A stretch of 62,063 bases of DNA, the filler included, from Nitrospinae bacterium RIFCSPLOWO2_12_FULL_45_22 (GTDB lineage Bacteria > 2-12-FULL-45-22): assembly GCA_001803565.1 (NCBI GenBank). It is 6 parts of 6 records of this genome, joined end to end, with 100 filler letters (N's around TTAATTAATTAA, not from the genome) between each part and the next. Parts side by side here need not be neighbours in the genome. Positions count along the whole stretch, not along the records: positions 12,455 to 25,231 come from MHDQ01000296.1; positions 25,332 to 31,050 come from MHDQ01000297.1; 4 more parts are not named here. The stretch is one strand, 5' to 3'. Of this stretch, positions 18,001 through 26,425 are shown piece by piece. Below the pieces are notes generated by a model. The model was not told the DNA's origin. It saw only the letters and a list, made by a program, of their open reading frames with translations, and did not search any database. Numbering within the stretch: the first letter of the stretch is position 1; every line of letters begins with the position of its first letter. The translations under genes and the position numbers were made by a program.

Positions 18001-19104
18001 CACCTTGTCAGTCGAGAAGAGTTTGCAACTGAAGAGAACCTTAATTTAGTAGAAAAGCTCTCACAGGATCAGGTTCCGGCGGTTCGGTTTCACATTGTGA
18101 TTAATATATTGAAACTTTATTATACGGCCCCGGAAAAGCTGTGGGAAATAGCTCTTCGCATAGCAGAGCGTGAGCCAACTAATGGCGTCCTAACCGGTCT
18201 TGCCGAAGCACTAAGGGATGCAGCCAGTGTACAACCTGAAAGGGTACTGGATGTATTAGAAATAATATGTAAGAGACAACCTTCGGCAAAGAGAAAAGGT
18301 ATTTCCTTGGTTGACCCCTGTCTCTCCGCGATTGCAGGTTTATTTATTGCCCAAGATAATAGCCGAGCAAATAAGATTCTGAAGCAATATGAATCTGATC
18401 CCATAAAAGGCGCCTCGGAATTGGTATATGCGGTTCTAACAGCCAGTAATTATCTATTGTGTGGAATTGCCAAGAGCTGGAAGGAAGATCCTGATAGTGT
18501 AAGGAAACGAGCCCGAGAAGTCATGTCCCGGGCGTTATCCAGTTCAGAAAAGGGATTCTTAGAACTACAAGAAAAGTTTGGTGATAGCTGGCCAGAGGAA
18601 CGACAAAAGGCAGCTAAAGAACTCTATGAAATCGTAGATCAGGTTGCCACCAGGCTCTATTTCACTGCTGATGTCAGGACTGATTCAAGTAAGCAAAATA
18701 AAATACCGTTGGATGATAGACAGCGGGCACAATATTATCACGAGATTCGTCCATTGATAAAACAGGTCATCAAGATCGGGTTTTCTCCTGGGGGATTCCT
18801 CCCAGCGCGAACTGCGCATTATCTTATGCAGCTATTGAATGGGGTCTTGCCCTATGGTCCTTCAGGGGTTATTGCTCTTGCCGATGAACTGTGCAAAGCC
18901 TCGGCTGCTTATGGATACACTCTGGATTCCCTTGCTATTCAAGAAGTAGTCAAGTTGGTAGAGACCTGCCTGGCGGACTATAAAGAAATTCTACAACATG
19001 AGCAAGATGTAGCCCATCTGGTAAGCCTATTGAATATATTTGTAGAGGCTGGCTGGCCAGAGGCTATACAACTTGTATTCCGGCTAGAAGAAATCTTTCG
19101 CTAA
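15007..19104 (+). CDS. STAND-class NTPase with long helical-repeat C-terminus (Avs/AVAST-like)
   Basis: Walker A GEPGIGKS, Walker B LIVDALD, sensor VVASIR, LRNPFYL, FAHNMLFDY; no N-terminal effector of its own. Confidence 0.85.
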   Translation: MIRLERKKLLNELNRMSDIGHLLVIGEPGIGKSWILNELVVQRYEQKKITLLLKADELEISSMNDFKTALNINNELDTVLNSLSKGEHGALIVDALDAARSEPRQRAFRDLIHQVQTQCPDWSVVASIRIYDARRSRELLSLFPSGSMDTTEEFRCPDIRYRHLWVPLLTEEEIRDAIRQEPRLRPFYDKATPQLRQILRNPFYLWLANELIEEGVNVNQISSIQSEVQLLGLYWHERINKKPDAEDRRMLLVNAAKAMVDSHSLSVSRSDVYQQPGLTGAFNALLSEQVLKEVTVSGERLAFAHNMLFDYAVSRLLIPEEPKESLQFLIEEISRPIFLRPSITYYFARLWYDERDLFWKTFWHFMFDEKGEIGEHIRVLPALTIPAEVSDADDLQPLIDRLKEDKDLIKEGAKAVQRVLQCLQSLKGAPEPQKNLSWVEFFYRLREHLSIGFINEYVRLLNSMVDIWDQWKHPEQHKIAVTCRKTLEWTWGPPKGLNEAQIRNLTRMIGVWVVPLVCKTFGENSVESRKLLQNILERIRQPATPTQEIYRLTHEIAHLWPYDPDFVADIYKAVFEYEETSAEKTILSSGVVGLTSTRRQDYQMCYYILEEEFPKFLKTHPMPATRAMVWAVNAATKREHVFRYSSAVPKDLEPSPFPFNDKTARYLPDPSYVWDQGDLIDHYYYKKMLSHLDIFLEDLARSNNGKAKELLTNILNEIVKENEVAVIWRHILKLAIKHPSFFIQDIYPLLTAEPILVWPETNYEVGELLKVGFEYLEAEQRRQIEKSLLFLPNATQAPMNQKGLERLYLTLISCIPEGLLTCEESRRILSAHRESGEGIPENRSHSPIFEFSSKKSTESDWLMEEGADLTTPANKKLIEFSNPAREFEDQHLNKIPSIEACEQVLPQLVKLNDYLASSAKDMDEPVRESALKHLAGACETIARTHDLPYDHEALKLAQKVFYLAGQDRSPEFNPKYHATFDSPSWSPAPRIEAAQGIMHLVSREEFATEENLNLVEKLSQDQVPAVRFHIVINILKLYYTAPEKLWEIALRIAEREPTNGVLTGLAEALRDAASVQPERVLDVLEIICKRQPSAKRKGISLVDPCLSAIAGLFIAQDNSRANKILKQYESDPIKGASELVYAVLTASNYLLCGIAKSWKEDPDSVRKRAREVMSRALSSSEKGFLELQEKFGDSWPEERQKAAKELYEIVDQVATRLYFTADVRTDSSKQNKIPLDDRQRAQYYHEIRPLIKQVIKIGFSPGGFLPARTAHYLMQLLNGVLPYGPSGVIALADELCKASAAYGYTLDSLAIQEVVKLVETCLADYKEILQHEQDVAHLVSLLNIFVEAGWPEAIQLVFRLEEIFR

Positions 19105-19177
19105 TGAAAAGGGGATTAATAGAAAGACTATATCATGCCTTCGTTGAGAGGGGCAGAGAGGGGGTTTAAGAGTAGTA

Positions 19178-19435
19178 ATGATGATAGAAAAGGATGTAGT
19201 ATTAGGTTTTATTGAAGGTCATAGGCGGGCTAATGAACTGGTCAGGGCAGAAAAGAAAAGGCGCCTCTCAGAATTGAGTATAGAAGATTCTCTTCGAGAA
19301 TACGATACTCCCTGTAAAATGTGGGAAGCAAACCCTAATTCGGATAAAGAAGGATTGGAATTACTGGCAAGACAAAAGATAGCTTTTCTCCTTGAGAGGA
19401 GAAGACGATTTAACAAAGTCAGTGGTCTTAAATAA
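19178..19435 (+). CDS. Small helical hypothetical protein (antitoxin-like)
   Basis: 85-aa charged helical ORF with purine-rich upstream region; no partner gene follows. Confidence 0.5.
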   Translation: MMIEKDVVLGFIEGHRRANELVRAEKKRRLSELSIEDSLREYDTPCKMWEANPNSDKEGLELLARQKIAFLLERRRRFNKVSGLK

Positions 19436-19466
19436 GAAGAATGAATTGATAAGAAAGGGTCAGAGG

Positions 19467-19748
19467 ATGAGGTCGGTTAAATTTATCCTGTATCTGGCGG
19501 TATTGGTGCTGCTGGGGAGTTTCTTTTCCTTGAATAGCCAGGATGTGGTGGTAAATTATGGGCCGGGTAGTATATGCTTACCCCTATTTATAGTAATGGC
19601 GGCAGCTATGATGGTTGGTTGCCTGGTTATCTGGGCCTATGAACTGGTCGCCCAGCACCGGCTACGCCGCGATAATAAGAGGCTCAACCAGGAAATAAAA
19701 AGACTGGAACACCAGCTCTCTACTACCCAGCCCAACCTACCCGGCTAG
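19467..19748 (+). CDS. LapA/DUF1049-family membrane protein
   Basis: TM-N..VVVNY-LPLFIV-TM-coiled coil pattern; ATG 19467. Confidence 0.8.
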   Translation: MRSVKFILYLAVLVLLGSFFSLNSQDVVVNYGPGSICLPLFIVMAAAMMVGCLVIWAYELVAQHRLRRDNKRLNQEIKRLEHQLSTTQPNLPG

Positions 19749-19749
19749 A

Positions 19750-19810
19750 CCAGGTAATTAGGGCATTGGGTCATCTAATAACGTAATAACCTAATGACGT
19801 AATAACCTGG
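19750..19810. repeat. Octamer-periodic hairpin element
   Basis: CCAGGTAATTAGGGCATTGGGTCAT ... TAATAACG TAATAACC TAATGACG TAATAACC TGG. Confidence 0.65.
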
Positions 19811-19833
19811 CCCCGCTAAGGAGGGAGGCAGTA

Positions 19834-22479
19834 ATGTCTGACCAAACCCCGATGATGCGGCAATACTATGCAGCTAAGGAAAAGTTGAAGGATGCTATCC
19901 TCTTTTTCCGCATGGGGGATTTTTATGAGATGTTTTATGAAGACGCCCGGATTGCCTCCCGCATCCTGGAGATTGCCCTGACCTCCCGACAAAAGAATGC
20001 TGAAAACCCGATCCCGATGTGTGGTGTGCCCTATCATGCTGCGGATGGTTATATAGCAAAATTAATAGAAGCGGGGCATAAAGTAGCTATCTGTGAGCAG
20101 GTAGAAGACCCCCGGGAGGCTAAAGGGCTGGTGAAGCGTGAGGTAGTAAGGATCATCACCCCGGGGACTATCCTTGATACCGGCGTGCTCAAGGCCAAGG
20201 AAAACAATTATCTAGCCGCTATTTATCCGGGCAAGGAAAGACTGGGCCTGGCCCTGCTGGACCATACTACCGGGGAATTCTTTCTCACCGAGCTATCAGG
20301 CCCTAAAACCCTGGAGCGCTTCAAGGATGAATTCTACCGGTTCGCCCCCAAAGAGATATTGATCCCACCCGGCTTAGAAGACCAAGACCCCTTTTACGCT
20401 TTTTTGCGCCAGGAACCCACCTTCTTAGTAGAAGATCAAGAAGAATGGAGCTTTGACTATGACCTGGCCTACCAGACCTTGTTAGATCAATTCCAGACCA
20501 GTTCATTGGAGGGGTTTGGTTGCGAGGGGCTACCCGCCGCGATAAGGGCTGGTGGGGCCTTGATCCACTACTTACGAAAAACCCAGGGCGAGAGCCTGAA
20601 GCATATAAATAAGGTAACCTATTACAATACCAGTGATTATATGGTGATGGATCAGGCTACCCAGCGGAATCTGGAGCTGATCACCTCTTTAGACCCGCTC
20701 CATCCGGAAGGGTCATTATTGGCCGTGCTGGACCAGACAGTAACGGCTATGGGTGGCCGGAAGCTAAAAAATTGGCTCCTCCATCCCCTAAAAGACCTGG
20801 CTACCATAGAGAAACGCCTCTCGGCGGTAAATACCTTTTATCATGACCTTATCACCCGGAAGCAATTAAGGGAGCTCCTCAGAGGGATACATGACCTGGA
20901 GCGGTTAGCCAGCAAGATCGCCTTAAACGCCACTAACCCCAGGGACCTCCTGGCCTTAAAAAACTCCCTCAGCCTCCTGCCACAACTAGAGCAGCTCCTC
21001 CAGCCTGCCTGTGCCAGCATGGCAGACAGGCCCGGTACTGACCCTATGATTAATGAGCTGCTGAACGATTGGGATAATCTTTCTGAGGTGAAAGAGCTGA
21101 TAGAGAAGGCTATTGAAGATGATGCGCCCCTTAATTGGCATGAGGGGGGGATAATCAAGGCGGGCTTTAGCGCTGAGCTGGATCAGTTGCGGAGTATAAG
21201 CCAGCATGGTAAAGACTGGATCATAGGGCTGGAAGAACAGGAGCGACAACGAACCAGGATCAACTCCCTTAAGGTGGGATACAATAAGGTATTTGGCTAC
21301 TATATCGAGGTGACCAAGAGGTATCTAACGCAGGTGCCGGACTACTATATCCGACGCCAAACCCTGGTCAATGCTGAGCGGTTTATTACGCCGGAGTTGA
21401 AGGAGTGGGAAGACAAGATACTGGGGGCAGAGGAGAAGCTCCTCCAGTTAGAAGAGAAGCTTTTTCAACAACTAAGGGAACAGATAGCCGGGAAGACCCA
21501 GCAAATCCAGGCTATGGCCCAGAAGATAGCGGTGCTGGACACTTTAGCCTCCCTGGCCCAGGTAGCCCATGACAAAAACTATACCCGGCCCGTGGTAGAT
21601 CAGGGCGACACCATCCAGATAACTGAAGGCCGCCACCCCCTCCTTGAGGGCTTAACCCTGGGAGAGAAATTTATCCCTAATGATACCTACTTGCATAATG
21701 CTGACCACCAGATCATACTTATTACCGGACCAAATATGGCGGGCAAATCTACCTATTTGCGCCAGGTAGCGCTGATAGTATTATTAGCTCAGGTGGGTAG
21801 CTTTGTGCCAGCTAACGAGGCACGGATAGGCATAGTAGACCGGGTTTTTACCCGGATAGGCGCCCAGGACTTTCTGGCCCGGGGTCAGAGTACCTTTATG
21901 GTAGAGATGAATGAGACGGCCAATATCATCCATAATGCTACGGCAAAAAGCTTAATCATCCTGGATGAGGTAGGCCGGGGGACCAGTACTTATGACGGGC
22001 TGAGCCTGGCCTGGTCTATTACCGAACATATCCACCAGGTAATCGGCGCTAAGACCCTATTCGCTACCCATTACCACGAGCTTACTGCCCTGGCTCAGCT
22101 CTTCCCTCGAATAAAAAATTATAATGTAGCGGTCAGAGAATGGAGCGATAAGGTTATCTTTTTACGTAAGATTGTAGAAGGGGCTACTGACCGGAGTTAT
22201 GGCATCCAGGTAGCCCGTTTAGCCGGTATCCCTGCCGGGGTACTGGGCCGGGCTAAAGAGGTGTTACATCAGATGGAGAACAATAACCGTAAATCCTGCC
22301 GGAAGAATTTGATAAAGCATACCCCAGGCCAACCCTGGCAATTGCATCTCTTTGATGACCAGCCAGACCTGATCAGGAAAAAACTCCAGGAGATCAATAT
22401 AGACTCGCTGACACCACTAGAGGCCTTGAATAAGCTGGAGGAATTAAAAAATATTTTAGAGGAAGGTAGAGATAAGTAA
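19834..22479 (+). CDS. mutS: DNA mismatch repair protein MutS
   Basis: TPMMRQY, FFRMGDFYEMF, TGPNMAGKST, STFMVEM, DEVGRGTST, ATHYHEL. Confidence 0.98.
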   Translation: MSDQTPMMRQYYAAKEKLKDAILFFRMGDFYEMFYEDARIASRILEIALTSRQKNAENPIPMCGVPYHAADGYIAKLIEAGHKVAICEQVEDPREAKGLVKREVVRIITPGTILDTGVLKAKENNYLAAIYPGKERLGLALLDHTTGEFFLTELSGPKTLERFKDEFYRFAPKEILIPPGLEDQDPFYAFLRQEPTFLVEDQEEWSFDYDLAYQTLLDQFQTSSLEGFGCEGLPAAIRAGGALIHYLRKTQGESLKHINKVTYYNTSDYMVMDQATQRNLELITSLDPLHPEGSLLAVLDQTVTAMGGRKLKNWLLHPLKDLATIEKRLSAVNTFYHDLITRKQLRELLRGIHDLERLASKIALNATNPRDLLALKNSLSLLPQLEQLLQPACASMADRPGTDPMINELLNDWDNLSEVKELIEKAIEDDAPLNWHEGGIIKAGFSAELDQLRSISQHGKDWIIGLEEQERQRTRINSLKVGYNKVFGYYIEVTKRYLTQVPDYYIRRQTLVNAERFITPELKEWEDKILGAEEKLLQLEEKLFQQLREQIAGKTQQIQAMAQKIAVLDTLASLAQVAHDKNYTRPVVDQGDTIQITEGRHPLLEGLTLGEKFIPNDTYLHNADHQIILITGPNMAGKSTYLRQVALIVLLAQVGSFVPANEARIGIVDRVFTRIGAQDFLARGQSTFMVEMNETANIIHNATAKSLIILDEVGRGTSTYDGLSLAWSITEHIHQVIGAKTLFATHYHELTALAQLFPRIKNYNVAVREWSDKVIFLRKIVEGATDRSYGIQVARLAGIPAGVLGRAKEVLHQMENNNRKSCRKNLIKHTPGQPWQLHLFDDQPDLIRKKLQEINIDSLTPLEALNKLEELKNILEEGRDK
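21004..21030 (+). repeat. 27-bp palindromic element in-frame within mutS
   Basis: CCTGCCTGTGCCAGCATGGCAGACAGG encoding PACASMADR. Confidence 0.75.
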
Positions 22480-24740
22480 TGGTAGATATGGCTAGAATCA
22501 GGAGAAGAAGAATCCGAAGGGCTATTGTGGGTTTAGTCCTCCTGGTGATTATCCTTACTATAATTCAAACTTATATAAAAGGCGTCAGGAGCCCTTCTCC
22601 TATAGCCAGCAATATCCTGGTCTTCTCCCTCTTCAACATAAATATTATTCTCCTTATGCTCCTGATATTTTTTGTTTTCCGCAATATCGTAAAGCTCTAT
22701 TTTGAGCGTAAATCCCAGACTATAGGGGCCCAGTTTAAGACTAAATTGGTAGCAGCCTTTGTAGGCTTTTCCTTGATCCCAGCTATCCTGCTCTTTGTGG
22801 TGGCCAGCGGTCTCATCACTAACAGCATAGATAATTGGTTCAATGAGCAGGTAGAGAAGTCCCTGGAAAATGCCCAGGAAGTGGTAGATTTCTATTATAA
22901 TAACCTCTCTGAAGATGCCCAGCTCGCCGCTAAGCGGTTCGCTCAGTACCTCACTAACCAGGGATTGGTAGGCTATTCCCCTAATAGAGGCTTAATAAAA
23001 GCGAAAAATATGGCCTCAGTGCAAAAGGCCCTCGATAAGTTCAGGACCGATTATTCCCTGGATGCCCTGCAGATCTTCGATAAAGACCAGGAAATGCTGG
23101 CCTATAGTATCCACCCTACTCTTCAGGTACACAAAGATAAACTCCTCATTAGGGACACCTATCGTTATGTGAGACGGAGTCTGGCAGGAGATACTAATAC
23201 CAGGGTTAAGACTATCAAGGAAGGGGTAACGGTCCGGGGATTTGCCCCTATTCGGCAAGATACGATCCCCACGCCGGTAGGAGCCGTAGCAGTTACCCAT
23301 TACATCCCCAAGGATATCGCTGCCAAGGTCTCAGAGATCACCAAGACCTTTGATGAATATAGGGGGTTAAAGTTCTTGAAAGGCCCTATTAAGTCCAGCT
23401 ACATTATTACCTTTTTCCTTATTACCCTCCTGATTATCTTTTCTGCCACCTGGTTCGGTTTTTATCTGGCTAAAGGGATCACGGTACCTATCCAGAAACT
23501 GGCCGAGGCCACACGCTATATAGCCCGGGGAGATCTGGAGTTCAATATAGACGTTGAAGCCAAGGACGAGATAGGTATCCTGGTGAACTCTTTTAACCAG
23601 ATGACCAAAGAGCTGAAGGATAGCCAGGTACAGATTGCCCAGGCCAACGAAGGGTTGAGGCAAAAAAATATCGAGCTGGATCAGCGGAGGAACTATATTG
23701 AAACAGTCCTGAAGAATGTAGCAGCCGGTGTGATCTCGCTAGATAAAGAAGGAAGAATAACTACTATTAATAAATCGGCTGAGAGACTACTGGAGCTAGA
23801 TGCTGATACCCACCGGGGTAGACCTTACCAGGAAGTCCTTGGGGCAGAACAATATTACCCCATATTGAGCCTCATCAATAAGGCCATCATAGATGACTAT
23901 GAGAATCTGGAAGAACAAGTTAAGCTAGTGATCGGCCAAAAACCCCTCACCTTAATCATCCATGCCTCGACGATGAAAGATGATAGTTATAATCCCTTAG
24001 GCATGGTATTGGTGCTCGAGGACCTGACAGAATTGATAAAGGCCCAGAGGGTCGCGGCCTGGCGAGAAATAGCCAAAGGCATTGCCCATGAAATCAAAAA
24101 CCCCCTCACCCCTATCCAGCTATCCGCCCAGCGACTTAAGAAGAAATATGTGACTCAGGCCCCTGACCTGGATGAGACCTTTGATGAGTGTGTAGATACC
24201 ATTATTAATCAGGTAGATGACATAAGGGGGTTGGTGGATGAATTCTCTCGCTTTGCCCGGATGCCTGAGTCCCAGCCTAAACCGGAGGACCTCCATAAGG
24301 TCACAGATGAGGTTATTGCCCTCTACCGGGTATCACATAAAGATATTGAAATAATACCCACCTACGACCCTCAGATAAATACCTTAGAGCTTGATCGTGA
24401 CCAGATCAAACGATTATTAATTAACCTGATAGAAAACGCTATCAAGGCCATGAATGGCCAAGGCAAGATATATATTACTACCTGCCTTATGAAGAAAGCG
24501 GGCTTTGTCCAAATAGAGGTAGCCGATGAAGGGAGTGGCATACTCCCGGAAGATAGAGATAAGCTCTTCCTCCCTTATTTTTCTACTAAAAAAGGGGGTA
24601 CCGGCCTGGGTTTAGCCATTGTAAATCGCATAGTAGAAGACCATCATGGCTACATAACCGTGAGGGATTATTATCCCAAGGGGACGGTCTTCTCTGTCCA
24701 CCTCCCCCTTCACCCAACCTTATCCCAGGAGAGTCATTGA
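22479..24740 (+). CDS. ntrY: NtrY-like HAMP/PAS sensor histidine kinase
   Basis: TM segments, SIDNWFN, HAMP, PAS, AWREIAKGIAHEIKNPLTPIQLSAQRL, GTGLGLAIV. Confidence 0.85.
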   Translation: MVDMARIRRRRIRRAIVGLVLLVIILTIIQTYIKGVRSPSPIASNILVFSLFNINIILLMLLIFFVFRNIVKLYFERKSQTIGAQFKTKLVAAFVGFSLIPAILLFVVASGLITNSIDNWFNEQVEKSLENAQEVVDFYYNNLSEDAQLAAKRFAQYLTNQGLVGYSPNRGLIKAKNMASVQKALDKFRTDYSLDALQIFDKDQEMLAYSIHPTLQVHKDKLLIRDTYRYVRRSLAGDTNTRVKTIKEGVTVRGFAPIRQDTIPTPVGAVAVTHYIPKDIAAKVSEITKTFDEYRGLKFLKGPIKSSYIITFFLITLLIIFSATWFGFYLAKGITVPIQKLAEATRYIARGDLEFNIDVEAKDEIGILVNSFNQMTKELKDSQVQIAQANEGLRQKNIELDQRRNYIETVLKNVAAGVISLDKEGRITTINKSAERLLELDADTHRGRPYQEVLGAEQYYPILSLINKAIIDDYENLEEQVKLVIGQKPLTLIIHASTMKDDSYNPLGMVLVLEDLTELIKAQRVAAWREIAKGIAHEIKNPLTPIQLSAQRLKKKYVTQAPDLDETFDECVDTIINQVDDIRGLVDEFSRFARMPESQPKPEDLHKVTDEVIALYRVSHKDIEIIPTYDPQINTLELDRDQIKRLLINLIENAIKAMNGQGKIYITTCLMKKAGFVQIEVADEGSGILPEDRDKLFLPYFSTKKGGTGLGLAIVNRIVEDHHGYITVRDYYPKGTVFSVHLPLHPTLSQESH

Positions 24741-24811
24741 TCCCTATGAGGGCTTAAGTCTANNNNNNNNGTCTATATAGAAACCGGAAAATTTTTTGCC
24801 ATAAAAAATTC

Positions 24812-24936
24812 GTAATCTTTCACCGCAGAACACGCAGAGGGCACAGAGGAAAGCTCCTGTAACTCAAGGCTTTAGCCTGGCCCATATTTAATTCAGATTG
24901 TGTCCCATCTCAGCGACCTCTGCGGTGAACGGTTAC
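24812..24936. repeat. Nested inverted-repeat element (CACCGCAGA family)
   Basis: GTAATCTTTCACCGCAGAACACGCAGAG ... CTCTGCGGTGAACGGTTAC with an internal GTAACTCAAGGCTTTAGCCT unit at 24859. Confidence 0.75.
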
Positions 24937-24963
24937 CATTTGTGGCCGTAAGGCCATGAAGGT

Positions 24964-25230
24964 TTACTCGAATTTGTTTTTGCCAGGTAAAAGCACTAGG
25001 GCCTTCCCCTGGGCCGTGGTCTCGCCCCGTTGGTTCTCAGCCCATACCTGACATTCCACCATAGGTGACCCATCTTGTAGATATTTGTTGATCACCTTGC
25101 CGCGGCACCAGGTAGTATCCCCCACTATATTAAAGCGGCGCACCTCTACCTCCAGCTTCCGCAAGAATCCGTCGTCGCCCATCCAGTTAGTCATCAACTG
25201 GCCTAACCACGAAATCCTCTGCGGACCATA
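24964..25230 (-). CDS. MaoC-like hot-dog dehydratase, C-terminal fragment (paralog of 35100-36236)
   Basis: YGPQRISWLGQLMTNWMGDDG..GDTTWCRGKV..ENQRGE. Confidence 0.85.
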   Translation of the reverse strand, partial: YGPQRISWLGQLMTNWMGDDGFLRKLEVEVRRFNIVGDTTWCRGKVINKYLQDGSPMVECQVWAENQRGETTAQGKALVLLPGKNKFE

Positions 25231-25231
25231 A

Positions 25232-25331
25232 NNNNNNNNNNNNNNNNNNNNNNNNNNNNNNNNNNNNNNNNNNNNTTAATTAATTAANNNNNNNNNNNNN
25301 NNNNNNNNNNNNNNNNNNNNNNNNNNNNNNN
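25232..25331. other. Artificial contig linker
   Basis: N44-TTAATTAATTAA-N44. Confidence 0.98.
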
Positions 25332-26411
25332 GTGAAATACGGACATGGGGCTCCGTTGCGTAGGATAAAGGTTTTAGAGGCTGATCACCCAATTCCTGAT
25401 GAGGCGGGACTGCGGGCTACAGAGGAAATAGTAGGTTTATTACAAAAGCTGACAGAGAAAGAGCTGGTTATATTTCTTATCTCGGGTGGAGGGTCGGCCT
25501 TACTCTCTCAGCCCTGCCCCGGCATAACTCTGACCGATAAACAGGGACTTACCCAAATATTATTAAGCTGTGGCGCCACGATTGACGAAGTTAATGCCTT
25601 GAGAAAACACATTTCTCAGGTAAAGGGAGGGAAGCTGGCACGGATGGCCTACCCAGCAACTATGGTCACATTGGTATTATCAGATGTTATTGGAGATCGT
25701 CTTGACGTCATTGCCTCTGGGCCTACCGTACCCGATAGCAGCACCTTTGCCGATTGCATCAGGATTATAGATAAGTATCATTTAACATCGAAAATACCTT
25801 ATACTATCATCCAGCACCTGAAAAAAGGGTTGCAGGGAGAGATAGAGGAAACCCCTAAACCGGGAGCCCCGATCTTTAGCTCCAGTCAAACGGTCATTAT
25901 CGGTAGTAACATTTTAGCTATTAAAGCCGCTAGCTTCCGGGCGAAAGCATTAGGGTATCGGCCCTTGATCCTCTCGTCCGCTATCCCCGGAGAGGCTCGT
26001 GAAGTAGCCCTGGTTCATGCAGCCATTGCTAAAGAAGTTCTATATTCAGGCAATCCGGTAAAGAGGCCAGCCTGTCTCATCTCTGGCGGTGAGACCACGG
26101 TTACTATCCGGGGCAAGGGCAAAGGGGGAAGAAATCAGGAATTTGTCCTGGCCGCTATCTTAGGGCTAGCCGCTTGCGAGGGGATAACGGTCTTGTCTGG
26201 CGGCACTGATGGGACAGATGGCCCCACTGAGGCTGCGGGGGCGATAGCTGATCACCACACCTTAAAGCGAGCACAGGCCCTGGGTTTGATCCCTAACACC
26301 TTTTTAGATAATAATGATTCTTATCATTTTTTTAAAGCACTTGATGACTTACTGATTACCGGGCCTACGGGCACAAATGTTATGGACATCCGCATTATGA
26401 TAATCGTTTAG
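25332..26411 (+). CDS. Glycerate 2-kinase (MOFRL family), 5'-partial
   Basis: HPIPDE, LISGGGSAL, SDVIGD, SGGETTV, GGRNQE, GTDGTDGPT, TGTNVMD. Confidence 0.93.
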   Translation: MKYGHGAPLRRIKVLEADHPIPDEAGLRATEEIVGLLQKLTEKELVIFLISGGGSALLSQPCPGITLTDKQGLTQILLSCGATIDEVNALRKHISQVKGGKLARMAYPATMVTLVLSDVIGDRLDVIASGPTVPDSSTFADCIRIIDKYHLTSKIPYTIIQHLKKGLQGEIEETPKPGAPIFSSSQTVIIGSNILAIKAASFRAKALGYRPLILSSAIPGEAREVALVHAAIAKEVLYSGNPVKRPACLISGGETTVTIRGKGKGGRNQEFVLAAILGLAACEGITVLSGGTDGTDGPTEAAGAIADHHTLKRAQALGLIPNTFLDNNDSYHFFKALDDLLITGPTGTNVMDIRIMIIV

Positions 26412-26425
26412 GGAAAATTAAGAAG

